In this document: positions 39,065 through 48,511 of the stretch, piece after piece
Layout of the letters: every line of letters starts with the position of its first letter
Numbering within the stretch: position 1 is the stretch's first letter
NCBI GenBank assembly: GCA_039586795.1
Contig: JBDHJS010000015.1
Location: 64,001-128,000, forward strand
Source of the DNA: Gemmatimonadota bacterium
GTDB lineage: Bacteria; Gemmatimonadota; Gemmatimonadetes; Palauibacterales; KS3-K002
Reading direction: 5' to 3'
DNA: 64,000 nucleotides
Translations under genes and position numbers: made by a program
The notes under the pieces: generated by a model
Databases searched by the model: none
What the model saw: the letters and a program-made list of their open reading frames with translations, nothing else
Told to the model about the DNA's origin: nothing

Positions 39065-40204
39065 GTGAGTACAATAGAGCCACTTGGCATACTTGAACTA
39101 AAGGACCGATATTCCGGCTTCATTCGTTGTCGCGAAGCCAGCTATCTGCCCTCCGACTGCGATGTACACGTTGGCCGAAAGATGGTCGACAAATACGATC
39201 TGCGGACGGGCGACGAGATCGCTGGTGAAGTCGGCAAGTCCCCCGGGCGGGGAAAGAGTCCTCCATTGCAGAAGGTCACCGCGATTAACGGCCGTCCGCC
39301 GGAGTCTCTCGATCGACGGCCGCAGTTCAGTCGACTCGGGGCTGTGCACCCAGACGAGCAACTGATCATCGATTGCGGTCGCCAGATGCTCGGAGCTCCC
39401 GACTACACCAATCGCGTCATCGATCTGCTTTGCCCGTTTGGGAAGGGACAGCGGGCGATGATCGTCTCGCCGGCAAAAGCGGGAAAGACGACAGTGCTCC
39501 AGGCCGTGGCGGAAGGTGTCGTGTCGAACTATCCGGACGCGACACTTCTGATCTTACTGGTGGATGAACGGCCGGAGGAAGTCACCGAGATGGAAATGTG
39601 TGGGTTTGGCGAGGTGGTATCATCGAGCTTCGACTTCCCAGCTGACCGACACGTGGCGCTGGCCGAGCTGACGTTGGAAAGGGCTCGGCGCCGCGTCGAG
39701 ATGGGGGAGGACGTCGTCATCATCCTGGATTCGATCACGCGGCTTGCTCGTGCCTACAACACCACGGAGCCGGGTACAGGGCGAACGCTGTCAGGCGGTC
39801 TCGACGCATCGACGCTGGACAAACCAAAACGATTCCTCGGTAGCGCTCGTAAGATCGATCCGGCGAAGGGTGGTGGATCATTGACAATCATATCCACCGC
39901 GCTGGTCGATACCGGCTCGCGGATGGACGATGTGATCTTCGAGGAGTTCAAGGGAACTGGCAACAGTGAGCTTGTCCTCAGTCGCGAACTCGCGGATCGG
40001 CGCATTTTCCCGGCCATCGATCTCACGGCCAGCGGCACGCGGCGCGAGGAGTTGCTGCTGTCGCCCGATGCTCTTGCTGTCTCGCAGGCTATTCGAAATC
40101 GCTTGGCTGATGCTTCACCCGTCGATGCGATGACTGAGTTGCTTGCGGTGATGAAGAAGACGGAGTCGAACGAAGAGCTTGTGAGGCAGGCCAGCGGGAG
40201 TTAA
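39065..40204 (+). CDS. rho: Transcription termination factor Rho (short, lacking the N-terminal helical domain)
   Basis: OB-fold LRTGD, G.GQR...SPAKAGKT, DERPEEVT, LDSITRLARAYN, FEEFKGTGN and SGTRREE. Confidence 0.9.
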   Translation: MSTIEPLGILELKDRYSGFIRCREASYLPSDCDVHVGRKMVDKYDLRTGDEIAGEVGKSPGRGKSPPLQKVTAINGRPPESLDRRPQFSRLGAVHPDEQLIIDCGRQMLGAPDYTNRVIDLLCPFGKGQRAMIVSPAKAGKTTVLQAVAEGVVSNYPDATLLILLVDERPEEVTEMEMCGFGEVVSSSFDFPADRHVALAELTLERARRRVEMGEDVVIILDSITRLARAYNTTEPGTGRTLSGGLDASTLDKPKRFLGSARKIDPAKGGGSLTIISTALVDTGSRMDDVIFEEFKGTGNSELVLSRELADRRIFPAIDLTASGTRREELLLSPDALAVSQAIRNRLADASPVDAMTELLAVMKKTESNEELVRQASGS

Positions 40205-40547
40205 CGCGACGCGATACGTCGTCCAGGTGCCCAACAAATAGTACGCCTATTCTGCAACAAGTGCTTTGGTCAGGCTTCGATAACTCGTATCATTCTCTCA
40301 TATCCCGCCAACTTGATGCCGACGATACCGTGGGGCAGCTAAAGCTGGAGCCGCTGTTCATGGTTGGCATTAACTACAACTTCTGATCTAGCGTGGCAGG
40401 GTGCCGACGGCACCCTGCCAGTCCCTCCTGCCTGTTGGGGCGAAACCGCGAAGCACCCTCTTCTCGTACTGATCATTGAACTCTATATAGATCTGTGGCC
40501 TGACTTCGAGCCGCGGACCCTCGTGCGCCACCCGGGAGGAAATCTCA

Positions 40548-41102
40548 ATGAAGCGTTTGTTGTACTCCGCCATGCTGATTGTATTCGCTACTCCTGCATT
40601 GGCCCAAGAAGAGACGCTAATATCGCCAGGCGGCATAGAGTCGGGCGGATTTGGTGCTCCCGTAGTTATGGTTAGCCAGGTTGTCGACAACTTTGCTGTA
40701 TTCGTGGGCGGCCGTGGAGGCTGGATCATCAACCACACCTTTGTGCTGGGTGCCGGAGGCTACGGGCTGGCCAATGACGTAGATAGTAGCATCAGTGGCC
40801 GCGGGCTCGAGTTCGGCTACGGTGGGCTGGAGCTCGAGTATATCAATAGCTCGAACAAGTTGATCCACTTCACGGTCTATGCTCTGATCGGCGCCGGCGG
40901 ACTTGGTGGGACGGCTGTGGCGGAAGAGTCCGTATTCGTGCTTCAGCCGGCACTGAACGGCGAGCTAAACATCACTCGCTATTTCCGCGTGAATATGGGT
41001 GCCGGCTACCGATGGGTCGCGGGTGTCGATCAAGTAGGGTTGAGTGACTCGGACCTCAGCGCGTTCTACGGTCAGATTGCCTTGAAATTCGGGTCGTTCT
41101 GA
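40548..41102 (+). CDS. Small outer-membrane beta-barrel hypothetical protein
   Basis: Signal peptide ALA-Q; GGRGGWIINH, FGYGGL.LEY, GAGYR; C-terminal KFGSF. Confidence 0.75.
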   Translation: MKRLLYSAMLIVFATPALAQEETLISPGGIESGGFGAPVVMVSQVVDNFAVFVGGRGGWIINHTFVLGAGGYGLANDVDSSISGRGLEFGYGGLELEYINSSNKLIHFTVYALIGAGGLGGTAVAEESVFVLQPALNGELNITRYFRVNMGAGYRWVAGVDQVGLSDSDLSAFYGQIALKFGSF

Positions 41103-41135
41103 ACGCACGCATCAGACGACCGGCGAGTGCCGGGC

Positions 41136-41405
41136 TCAAGGCACGGTGGCGCGAGCACGGATGAACGTCGCCAACTCCGGCACCGGTTCGTACCAGTCGC
41201 CATTGATATGGGCGCTGGAGAAGGTGGCCCGCAGCTCGTTAGCGAGCTTGCTCGCATTCGTTGCCGGGATGACACCGAGCAGCTTCAGCTGGGTCGGGTT
41301 GCCCAGCTGAAGCTGACTCAGCTTTTTATTAAGGCGGCGCGCGCCGGTCACGCCAAACGAGATCTCGCCGCCGCGGGTATCCTGTACGAAGTAGAGGACT
41401 TTCAT
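41136..41405 (-). CDS. GIY-YIG-like (T5orf172/MUG113-type) small protein, degenerate
   Basis: LYFVQ...LQLGNP..L.LL...F......GDWY pattern. Confidence 0.6.
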   Translation of the reverse strand: MKVLYFVQDTRGGEISFGVTGARRLNKKLSQLQLGNPTQLKLLGVIPATNASKLANELRATFSSAHINGDWYEPVPELATFIRARATVP

Positions 41406-41607
41406 TTCAGAGCCGGGTTAATTTCTCCATTCCACAGCACATCCTGAGACCTAAAGCTCCCGCGGGCAAGGCGCGTTTTGGGATATCGAGCCCCCCGAAC
41501 GAAAAGGGCCTCCCAGGCGTTGTCATATGGGTGGAATAGGGGCGCGCTTGCCTGTTCCGGGTTGCCGTGCCAGACTGGGAGCTTCTGTCGACCGGAATCG
41601 AGGGGTG

Positions 41608-42756
41608 ATGTCGGACCGAATCCATTTGCTGTTGTTGACCGCGCTGGCACTCGGCTGCGCCGACGGTCGTGCCGGTGACTCACAGGTTCCCGAGGCTTTC
41701 GCACACGCGGGCGGTATCTCGGACGCCGAGTTCGCCGAACTGGTGGAGCGATTGTCTGAACCTGGCGGCTATTTCGATACGGACAACCTCATCTCGAACG
41801 AGACTTCTTATTTGCACGTTGTGGGGAAGTTGCACGAACTGAGTGTCAGTGGTGGCGCCTACATCGGTGTTGGCCCGGACCAGAACTTTTCCTATATGAA
41901 GGAGATTCGGCCGGAGATCGCCTTCATCGTAGACATTCGCCGAGACAATCTGCTTCAGCATCTCATGTTCAAGGCGATGTTTGAGCTTGCCGACAACCGG
42001 ATCGAGTACCTCTGTCTGCTCTTTGCGCGACCGCTGCCGGAAGATGTTGGAGTCTTCAGAAAGCAACCTGCCCAAAGCCTTGTCGACTATATAGACAGTA
42101 CTACGCCAAGTGCTGACCTCAGAGAAGAAGTCATGGCCCGAGTGGCATCGACGGTAGCCGCGTTCGCCTTGCCTCTGACTGATCAGGATGTGAACACGGT
42201 ACGTCGCTTTCATTCCACATTCATCGATGAAGGGTTGGGCCTGCGATTCCGGAGCCACGGTCGTCGGCCGAACAGGCACTATCCCACGTACCGACAACTG
42301 CTCTTGGAAACGGATCTGGCGGGAAGACAGGCGAACTATCTGGCTGAGGAGGCCAGCTTTCAGTACCTGAAGCAGATGCAGGAGCGAAATCTGGTCATCC
42401 CTGTGGTGGGCGACCTGGCGGGGGACCATGCACTAGTGGCCGTTGGAGGCGAGATCTCGAAGCGCGGTAAAGTGATATCGGCGTTCTATACCTCAAACGT
42501 CGAGTACTATTTGGTTCAGGATCGATCTTTTCACAAGTACGCGCACGCTGTGGGGAGACTACCGTATGACAGTGCGAGCGTAATCATCCGCAGCTTCTTT
42601 GCTGCCAGATACGCCTACCAGCATCCTCAGGCGGTGCCCGGTTATCACAGCGTGCAACTGCTACAGCAGATGGCAACTTTCATTGACGACTACGAGGCGG
42701 ATCGCTACCGTAGTTACTTGGAACTCGTGTCGCTGAATGCCATCGATCTGAAATGA
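41608..42756 (+). CDS. Conserved hypothetical lipoprotein
   Basis: Lipobox ALGC; LSEPGGYFDTDNLISNE, GAYIGVGPDQNFSY and FYTSNVEYYL motifs. Confidence 0.8.
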   Translation: MSDRIHLLLLTALALGCADGRAGDSQVPEAFAHAGGISDAEFAELVERLSEPGGYFDTDNLISNETSYLHVVGKLHELSVSGGAYIGVGPDQNFSYMKEIRPEIAFIVDIRRDNLLQHLMFKAMFELADNRIEYLCLLFARPLPEDVGVFRKQPAQSLVDYIDSTTPSADLREEVMARVASTVAAFALPLTDQDVNTVRRFHSTFIDEGLGLRFRSHGRRPNRHYPTYRQLLLETDLAGRQANYLAEEASFQYLKQMQERNLVIPVVGDLAGDHALVAVGGEISKRGKVISAFYTSNVEYYLVQDRSFHKYAHAVGRLPYDSASVIIRSFFAARYAYQHPQAVPGYHSVQLLQQMATFIDDYEADRYRSYLELVSLNAIDLK

Positions 42757-42793
42757 GAATAGTCCGTGACTAGCAAGCCACTCAGGAGTTGCT

Positions 42794-43258
42794 ATGTCGA
42801 TCCAACTCACTAGCTCCGCGTTCGCAGACGGTGAATCGATCCCGGCTCGTTACACGTGTCAGGGCGAGGATGTCTCGCCGCCACTGCTGTGGACCAATTT
42901 GCCTGAGGGGACAAAGAGCCTGGCCCTGATCTGTGATGACCCTGATGCGCCGGTTGGGACCTGGGTTCACTGGGTAATGTATGATATCCCAGCCGGTTTC
43001 ACGGGCCTGACCGAGGGGATCGCGCCGACTGAAGTGACACCCTACGGAGCAAAGCAGGGTGTGAACGACTTTCGGCGGATCGGATATGGTGGACCGTGCC
43101 CGCCGCCGGGCGCTCCTCACAGGTACTTTTTCAAGATCTACGCGCTGGACATCGAGCCCGGCTTCCCGGCTGAAGCGACAAAAGCTGACTTGCTGCGAGC
43201 GATGGAAGGCCACGTTCTGGCCGAAGGTCAGCTGATGGGGATCTACGGAACGGAATAG
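42794..43258 (+). CDS. YbhB/YbcL (PEBP/RKIP-like) protein
   Basis: LTSSAF, SPPL.W, DDPDAP...HWV and GY.GPCPP....HRY.F motifs. Confidence 0.95.
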   Translation: MSIQLTSSAFADGESIPARYTCQGEDVSPPLLWTNLPEGTKSLALICDDPDAPVGTWVHWVMYDIPAGFTGLTEGIAPTEVTPYGAKQGVNDFRRIGYGGPCPPPGAPHRYFFKIYALDIEPGFPAEATKADLLRAMEGHVLAEGQLMGIYGTE

Positions 43259-43268
43259 TCGCCACAGG

Positions 43269-43802
43269 TCAGTCGTTCAATACGCGTAAGTACTGGCGCC
43301 AGGGTCCCACCTCAGAACCACAGCTTTTCGCCATCACACGAGCGATCTGAGCGATGTGGCCAAGATCGTGGACGACCCACGTGGCGAGCAGTTGGGCCGC
43401 TGTGACTACTCCGAGCTCGGGGTGAACGCCTGTCAACTCGAGCTGAGACTCTGTCAAACCCAAGTCTTCCAGAACACGCAAGTTCTCGGCGCGCAGTCGT
43501 TCGAACTCGTCAAGCAGGTCCGGCAGGGCCTTTCCGGCGCTCTTCTCGAACTGGGCAAACCGATCGAACGGCTCGAACCGTTGTGCTTCTCCGTGCTCGA
43601 GGATGTTGCGGAGGCGTGGAATCCAGTCGGTTTCTTCGCCGTGGATGAGGTGGCCAACGATATCGTAGGCACTCCAGGTGCCCTCACCCTCCGTCACGGT
43701 TACCCACGGCTCAGAAAGTTGGGCGAGCAGAGCTCGAAGCGTTCCCGGTGTCGACCGCAGGATCTCGACAGCATGGTCGGTATCGAATTCCATCGGACTC
43801 AC
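43269..43802 (-). CDS. DinB family protein
   Basis: WS..DIVGHLIHGE..DWIPR, HPELG.VT and WVVHDLGH motifs. Confidence 0.88.
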   Translation of the reverse strand: MSPMEFDTDHAVEILRSTPGTLRALLAQLSEPWVTVTEGEGTWSAYDIVGHLIHGEETDWIPRLRNILEHGEAQRFEPFDRFAQFEKSAGKALPDLLDEFERLRAENLRVLEDLGLTESQLELTGVHPELGVVTAAQLLATWVVHDLGHIAQIARVMAKSCGSEVGPWRQYLRVLND

Positions 43803-44419
43803 TCCTGTTCGACTGGATCTTTGGGTGAAGCGACGGCAGCCGGCGATGGTGCGGCGTCCCCGGCTCGCCTACGCAACCAGGCGACTATGATGAGAACCGT
43901 GAAGGCCAGCGATGTTACAGCCACGGCAATCAGCGGATGTCGTTCGTACAACCGCGCGAGTCCTTCTCCCGATAGAACGAAGAGAACGGTACCCGGAAGA
44001 ATTCCGATGGCTGTGGTCCAGAGGAATGTGCGGCGATTGCAGGAAGTGAGGCCGAGCCCCCAGTTGAGTGCGGTGAACGCAATAGCGGGTATGAGGCGGG
44101 CGATGAGGAGGCCCGGCCAGCTCGCTGCGTTAACGACCCCGTCGATCTTGTCTATCGCGGCGTCGGGAACGAATCGACAGACGAGCGGCCTCCCAAAGGC
44201 ACGCGCCAGCTCGAAGCTCAGTTGCGCGCCGATCACGGCACCGGTCCAGGTGATGAGTATGCCGGCGATCGGGCCGAATAGCATGCCGTTCATCGCGGCG
44301 GGTATCTCAGCTGGAATGGGAAAGACAGCGACGCCGGCCATCAGCGCTACGGCAAGCGGATATCCCCACCCGCCGAGGCCGTGCACCCAATAGCCAATCG
44401 ACTGGATCAGCTCGTTCAT
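43799..44419 (-). CDS. TVP38/TMEM64 (VTT/DedA) membrane protein
   Basis: PIPAE, G.LFG...G, ARLIP...F..LN..GLT and TAIGILP motifs. Confidence 0.88.
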   Translation of the reverse strand: MNELIQSIGYWVHGLGGWGYPLAVALMAGVAVFPIPAEIPAAMNGMLFGPIAGILITWTGAVIGAQLSFELARAFGRPLVCRFVPDAAIDKIDGVVNAASWPGLLIARLIPAIAFTALNWGLGLTSCNRRTFLWTTAIGILPGTVLFVLSGEGLARLYERHPLIAVAVTSLAFTVLIIVAWLRRRAGDAAPSPAAVASPKDPVEQE

Positions 44420-44480
44420 GCGGTCTCCACGGTGCCTGAGGTCCTCTTAGAGTAACCTTTACGTCGCCGTCCGCCATTAT

Positions 44481-44807
44481 GTGTCAGAGCTTGGTGGAGC
44501 GAGACCGGGAGCGGAGCGGCAACCTTTGGTGCCTGAGTGGCGTCTAACAGGATGATTGAGGGTAGAATGAAACCCCTCGGTCTGTAGAGACGTAAGGGAT
44601 CTTAAGGGCAGTCCAATACGTTTTTGTAGTAGAGTCGAACAGACGGAGATCCGAAAGGAGCTTTGTACATAACAGTAGGGCCATGAGCGCCGCAGCTTAG
44701 CATGGGCGCTCGATCCTCCACGCCCAGCCGACACTGGGCACTCCTACCTACGGAGTCCTACCTTACTCCGCAATTGGGAAAAGGCCGGCGAAGCCGGCCT
44801 TTTTTTT
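44481..44807 (+). ncRNA. Candidate novel large structured ncRNA (about 330 nt including terminator)
   Basis: No credible CDS; 5' end pairs with the 3' part; two long arms, one capped by GAAA; G-U pairs polarised to the + strand; own U8 terminator. Confidence 0.6.
44779..44807 (+). terminator. Intrinsic terminator, possibly bidirectional
   Basis: AAAA-GGCCGGC-GAA-GCCGGCC-TTTTTTTT. Confidence 0.9.
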
Positions 44808-44825
44808 AATCGGAAGTATCGTGAG

Positions 44826-45245
44826 CTACGTGGGGTCTCCGCGTTTGAACCGTTCCAGTTCGCGGCGTTCCTTCTTCGTGGGTCGGCCCTTGTCGCGAAA
44901 CGAATATGTAGGTGCGGCCTTTCGGTGGGCCCGCAGCCGTTCACGATTCTCCAGGCTCTCCGGGGTCTCTTCGTAGAGCTCGGCCGCCTCTCTGGCAGAG
45001 CGCCGCTTCTCCGACAGCCTGACGACGACCAGCTGAAACTCGATGGGGCCCTTGCGAATCCGGACGCGGTCGCCGGTATGGAGTACGGAGGATCGCTTGG
45101 CGCGGTGGCCGTTGACCTGAACCTTGCCGCCCACCACGGCTTTGGCGGCGAGGGAGCGCGTCTTGAAGAAGCGAGCTGCCCAAAGCCACTTGTCGAGGCG
45201 AACCTTGTCGGTTCCGAACTTGCGGTCAGGGGTTGTCTCCACCAT
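44826..45245 (-). CDS. hslR: Ribosome-associated heat shock protein Hsp15 (S4 domain)
   Basis: VRLDKWLWAARFFKTRSLA, A.ELYEET.ES and GRPTKKERR motifs. Confidence 0.92.
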   Translation of the reverse strand: MVETTPDRKFGTDKVRLDKWLWAARFFKTRSLAAKAVVGGKVQVNGHRAKRSSVLHTGDRVRIRKGPIEFQLVVVRLSEKRRSAREAAELYEETPESLENRERLRAHRKAAPTYSFRDKGRPTKKERRELERFKRGDPT

Positions 45246-45442
45246 GCCCCAATCGTCGTATCTGGGTGGGTTTGGCGCAACGCCTGGGGGCTTCCCCGAA
45301 ACAGCCAAACCGCTCATCTTTCCAGCCTCCAGACCACTACGACCTCGAATGGTCCAGTTGGCGGCGACAGTCGTGTGCGACGGGTGAGTGCGCCCGCCGC
45401 CTTGCCAAACATGGACCAGGCCTCAACCACGGTGGTGCCGCA

Positions 45443-48400
45443 GTGAAATTATCCGATACCTCCATCCGGAGGCCGGTGCTCACGACGATGATGAGCGCCG
45501 CCCTCATACTCTTCGGCGCTATAGGCTATCTACGGCTGTCGGTGCGTGAGTACCCGGATGTCGACCCGCCGATCGTCTCCGTCACCACGGTTTTGCGGGG
45601 AGCGAACCCGCGGGTGATGGAGTCGGCAGTGACGGACATTCTGGAAGAAGAGCTGAGCACGATTCCGGGGCTCAGAACGTTGACCAGCTCGAGCGCCGAG
45701 CAAGTGAGCAACATCACTCTGGAGTTCACGCTGGAACGGGATATTGAAGCTTCGGCGCAGGATGTGAGGGACAAGGTGTCCCGTGTGCGTGGGCGGCTTC
45801 CACAGGAAATCGAAGAGCCGGTAGTGACAAAGCAGGACGCTGACGCGCAGCCGTTCTTCTGGTTGGCGCTCACAGCGGAGAACTATGATCTGCTACAACT
45901 GTCGGACATCGGCGATCGCATCGTGAAGTCGCGGTTGCAGACGGTGCCGGGAGTTGGGCGAGCGCAGATTTTCGGCGAGCGACGCTATTCGATGCGGATT
46001 TGGCTTTCGCCGGCGGAGCTATCGGCGCGAGGGCTAACCGTACAGGACGTTGAATCGGCGATCCGAAGTCGGAACGTAGAGATTCCGGCGGGAAGAATTG
46101 AATCCGAGCGTCGGGAGTTCACGGTTCGCTCATTGGGCGAGCTGAAGACGCCGCAGGAATTTTCAGATCTGACGGTGGCCAACCAGAACGGTCAGCTAGT
46201 CAAGATTAGAGACATAGCGCGAGTGGAGCTTGGCCCGGAAAACGAGCGCAGTCTTCTGCGGTACAAGGGTACGCCGGCGGTAGCGGTGGGTGTGGTTCGG
46301 CAGTCGAAGGCGAATCTGATCGAAGTCTCCGACGCGATTCGGGCAGAGCTTCCGGCGATTAACGATGCGTTGCCGCCGGGCGTTGACCTGGAGCTCGCTT
46401 TTGATTCATCGGTCTTTGTACGTCGCTCCATTCAGGAGGCACAAGAGACGCTGTTACTGGCGGCTGGGTTGGTGGTGCTGATCATCTTCGTGGCGCTAAG
46501 GAACATCAAGGCCACGATAATACCTGGCCTGGCGATCCCGACATCGATCATCGCAGCGTTCGGCGCGATGTACTTCCTTGGCTTCTCGATCTACAATCTG
46601 ACACTACTCGCGCTGATACTGGCCATCGGTATCGTGGTGGACGATGCGATCATCGTCATGGAGAACTCGTACCGTCACCAGGAAGAACTTGGCGAAGATC
46701 CGACGACGGCGGCGATGAAGGGGACGAGCGAGATTGCGTTTGCCGTGATCGCCACCACAGTAGCGCTGGTTGCCGTCTTCTCGCCGCTGGCGTTTCTGCG
46801 CGGTACGACGGGCCGCCTGTTCAACGAGTTCGGAATCAGCATGGCGGTGGCGGTAGTGATTTCGAGCTTCGTCGCATTGACGCTCACTGCAACGGCGTCC
46901 GCGAAGATTCTCCGGGTGCCGAAGAGCCATGGGAAGGTTTTCATGGCATTCGAGCGCGGTTTCATCGGAATGGCTGAGGGATACAAGAACGGTTTGGCCT
47001 GGGCGATGAAGCACCGCTGGTGGATAGTCGGAGGTGCGGTCGCCACGGTCGGCCTGGCAGTTGTCGTGTTCGGCACGCTGAAGCGCGAGTTCGTGCCGCC
47101 CGAGGATAGGGGCTGGTTCATGGTGATCACGATCGCGCCTGAAGGAGCGACGCTGGACTATACGGATGGCTACCAGCAGACGATCGAAGGGATATTGGGC
47201 CGGACCGGTGACATCGAAGCCTATTTCAGCGTTCTCGGTTTCGGTGGCCGGGTGAACAGTGGGATCATTTTTACGCGGCTGGCCGATTGGGAAGACCGCG
47301 ACAGGTCGGTGCAGGAGATCATCGGCGAGATCCAGCCGCAGTTCTTTGCGATTCCCGGCGTGTTCGCGTTCGCGAACAATCCTCCCGCTTTCGGCTGGGC
47401 GAGCCCGGTACAGTTTGTGGTCAGGCACCCCGACTTCGATTCGCTGGCCACAGGTATGGATAGACTCACAATGCGAGCTCGCCAGATCCCGGGACTGATC
47501 AACGTCGATACCGATCTCCGGGTGAACAAACCGGAGTTGACCGTACGCTACGACCGGGATCGAGCCGAGGATCTTGGCGTTGAAATTCGTGATATCTCGT
47601 CGACTCTGCAAACGCTTCTGGGTGGGCGCCGCGTGTCTACGTTCACGCGGGCGAACAAGTTATACGATGTAATGGTGCAGCTCGACCGACCGATGCGAGC
47701 GACTCCGAGCCAGATGGAGGGGGTCTATGTGCGTGGCCGAGACGGAGCCTTGGTCAAGCTCGACGCAGTGGCGCATGTCGAGGAGGGCGTGGGTCCCCGG
47801 CAACTTAATCACTTCAATCGGGTCCGCTCGTTCACGATGTCGGGGAACTTGGCTCCCGGCTTCACGCTTGGCGAAGCGCTCGATTCACTAAGTGCCGCGG
47901 CAGCAGAGGTGTTGCCGCGGGGGAGCACGACGGCGTTGGCCGGCGAATCTAGAGAGTTGAATGAGAGCGGCAACGCGCTCTACTTCGCGTTCGTGCTGGC
48001 TCTCGTGGTGGTCTACATGGTGCTGGCCGCGCAGTTCGAATCGCTGATCCACCCGTTCACCGTGTTGTTATCCGTACCGCTGGCCGTGACAGGGGCGTTG
48101 CTGACGCTGCTACTGGCGGGATCGACGCTGAATCTGTACAGCCAGATCGGGATGATTCTGCTCATCGGAATTGTGAGTAAGAACTCCATCCTGTTGGTGG
48201 AGTACGCGAATCAGCTCAAGGCGAGGGGAATGAGCGCCGCCGAGGCGATGCTCGAGTCGGGCCGCATTCGGTTGCGACCGATCCTGATGACGGCGACGGC
48301 GACGATCATCGGCGCGATGCCGATTGCGCTGGGTCTCGGGGCAGGATCAGCGAGTCGGCGACCGCTTGGCTACGCCATCGTTGGCGGACTGTTCTTCTCG

Positions 48401-48511
48401 ACGCTGTTAACTCTTTTCCTGGTGCCGGTCGTGTACGTGTTGCTGGATGCGCTGAGAGAGCGCGTCGGAAAGCCAGCGCCGGCACTCGAGACGGCGGAAG
48501 CTGAAGGCTGA
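45443..48511 (+). CDS. RND efflux permease
   Basis: SIRRPV, REYPDVDPP, GIVVDDAII, GIVSKNSILL and RLRPILMT; GTG start at VKLSD. Confidence 0.95.
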   Translation: MKLSDTSIRRPVLTTMMSAALILFGAIGYLRLSVREYPDVDPPIVSVTTVLRGANPRVMESAVTDILEEELSTIPGLRTLTSSSAEQVSNITLEFTLERDIEASAQDVRDKVSRVRGRLPQEIEEPVVTKQDADAQPFFWLALTAENYDLLQLSDIGDRIVKSRLQTVPGVGRAQIFGERRYSMRIWLSPAELSARGLTVQDVESAIRSRNVEIPAGRIESERREFTVRSLGELKTPQEFSDLTVANQNGQLVKIRDIARVELGPENERSLLRYKGTPAVAVGVVRQSKANLIEVSDAIRAELPAINDALPPGVDLELAFDSSVFVRRSIQEAQETLLLAAGLVVLIIFVALRNIKATIIPGLAIPTSIIAAFGAMYFLGFSIYNLTLLALILAIGIVVDDAIIVMENSYRHQEELGEDPTTAAMKGTSEIAFAVIATTVALVAVFSPLAFLRGTTGRLFNEFGISMAVAVVISSFVALTLTATASAKILRVPKSHGKVFMAFERGFIGMAEGYKNGLAWAMKHRWWIVGGAVATVGLAVVVFGTLKREFVPPEDRGWFMVITIAPEGATLDYTDGYQQTIEGILGRTGDIEAYFSVLGFGGRVNSGIIFTRLADWEDRDRSVQEIIGEIQPQFFAIPGVFAFANNPPAFGWASPVQFVVRHPDFDSLATGMDRLTMRARQIPGLINVDTDLRVNKPELTVRYDRDRAEDLGVEIRDISSTLQTLLGGRRVSTFTRANKLYDVMVQLDRPMRATPSQMEGVYVRGRDGALVKLDAVAHVEEGVGPRQLNHFNRVRSFTMSGNLAPGFTLGEALDSLSAAAAEVLPRGSTTALAGESRELNESGNALYFAFVLALVVVYMVLAAQFESLIHPFTVLLSVPLAVTGALLTLLLAGSTLNLYSQIGMILLIGIVSKNSILLVEYANQLKARGMSAAEAMLESGRIRLRPILMTATATIIGAMPIALGLGAGSASRRPLGYAIVGGLFFSTLLTLFLVPVVYVLLDALRERVGKPAPALETAEAEG

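Noticed and set aside
44643..44666. AGATCCGAAAGGAGC resembles SRP RNA helix 8
   Set aside because: Lacks the conserved CAGG/AGCA symmetric loop and the asymmetric loop; treated as an ordinary GNRA hairpin within the unknown RNA
44704..44724. GCTCGATCCTCCAC resembles a tmRNA/tRNA 3' end
   Set aside because: No GGTTCRA T-arm, no CCA, no matching acceptor stem and no tag reading frame
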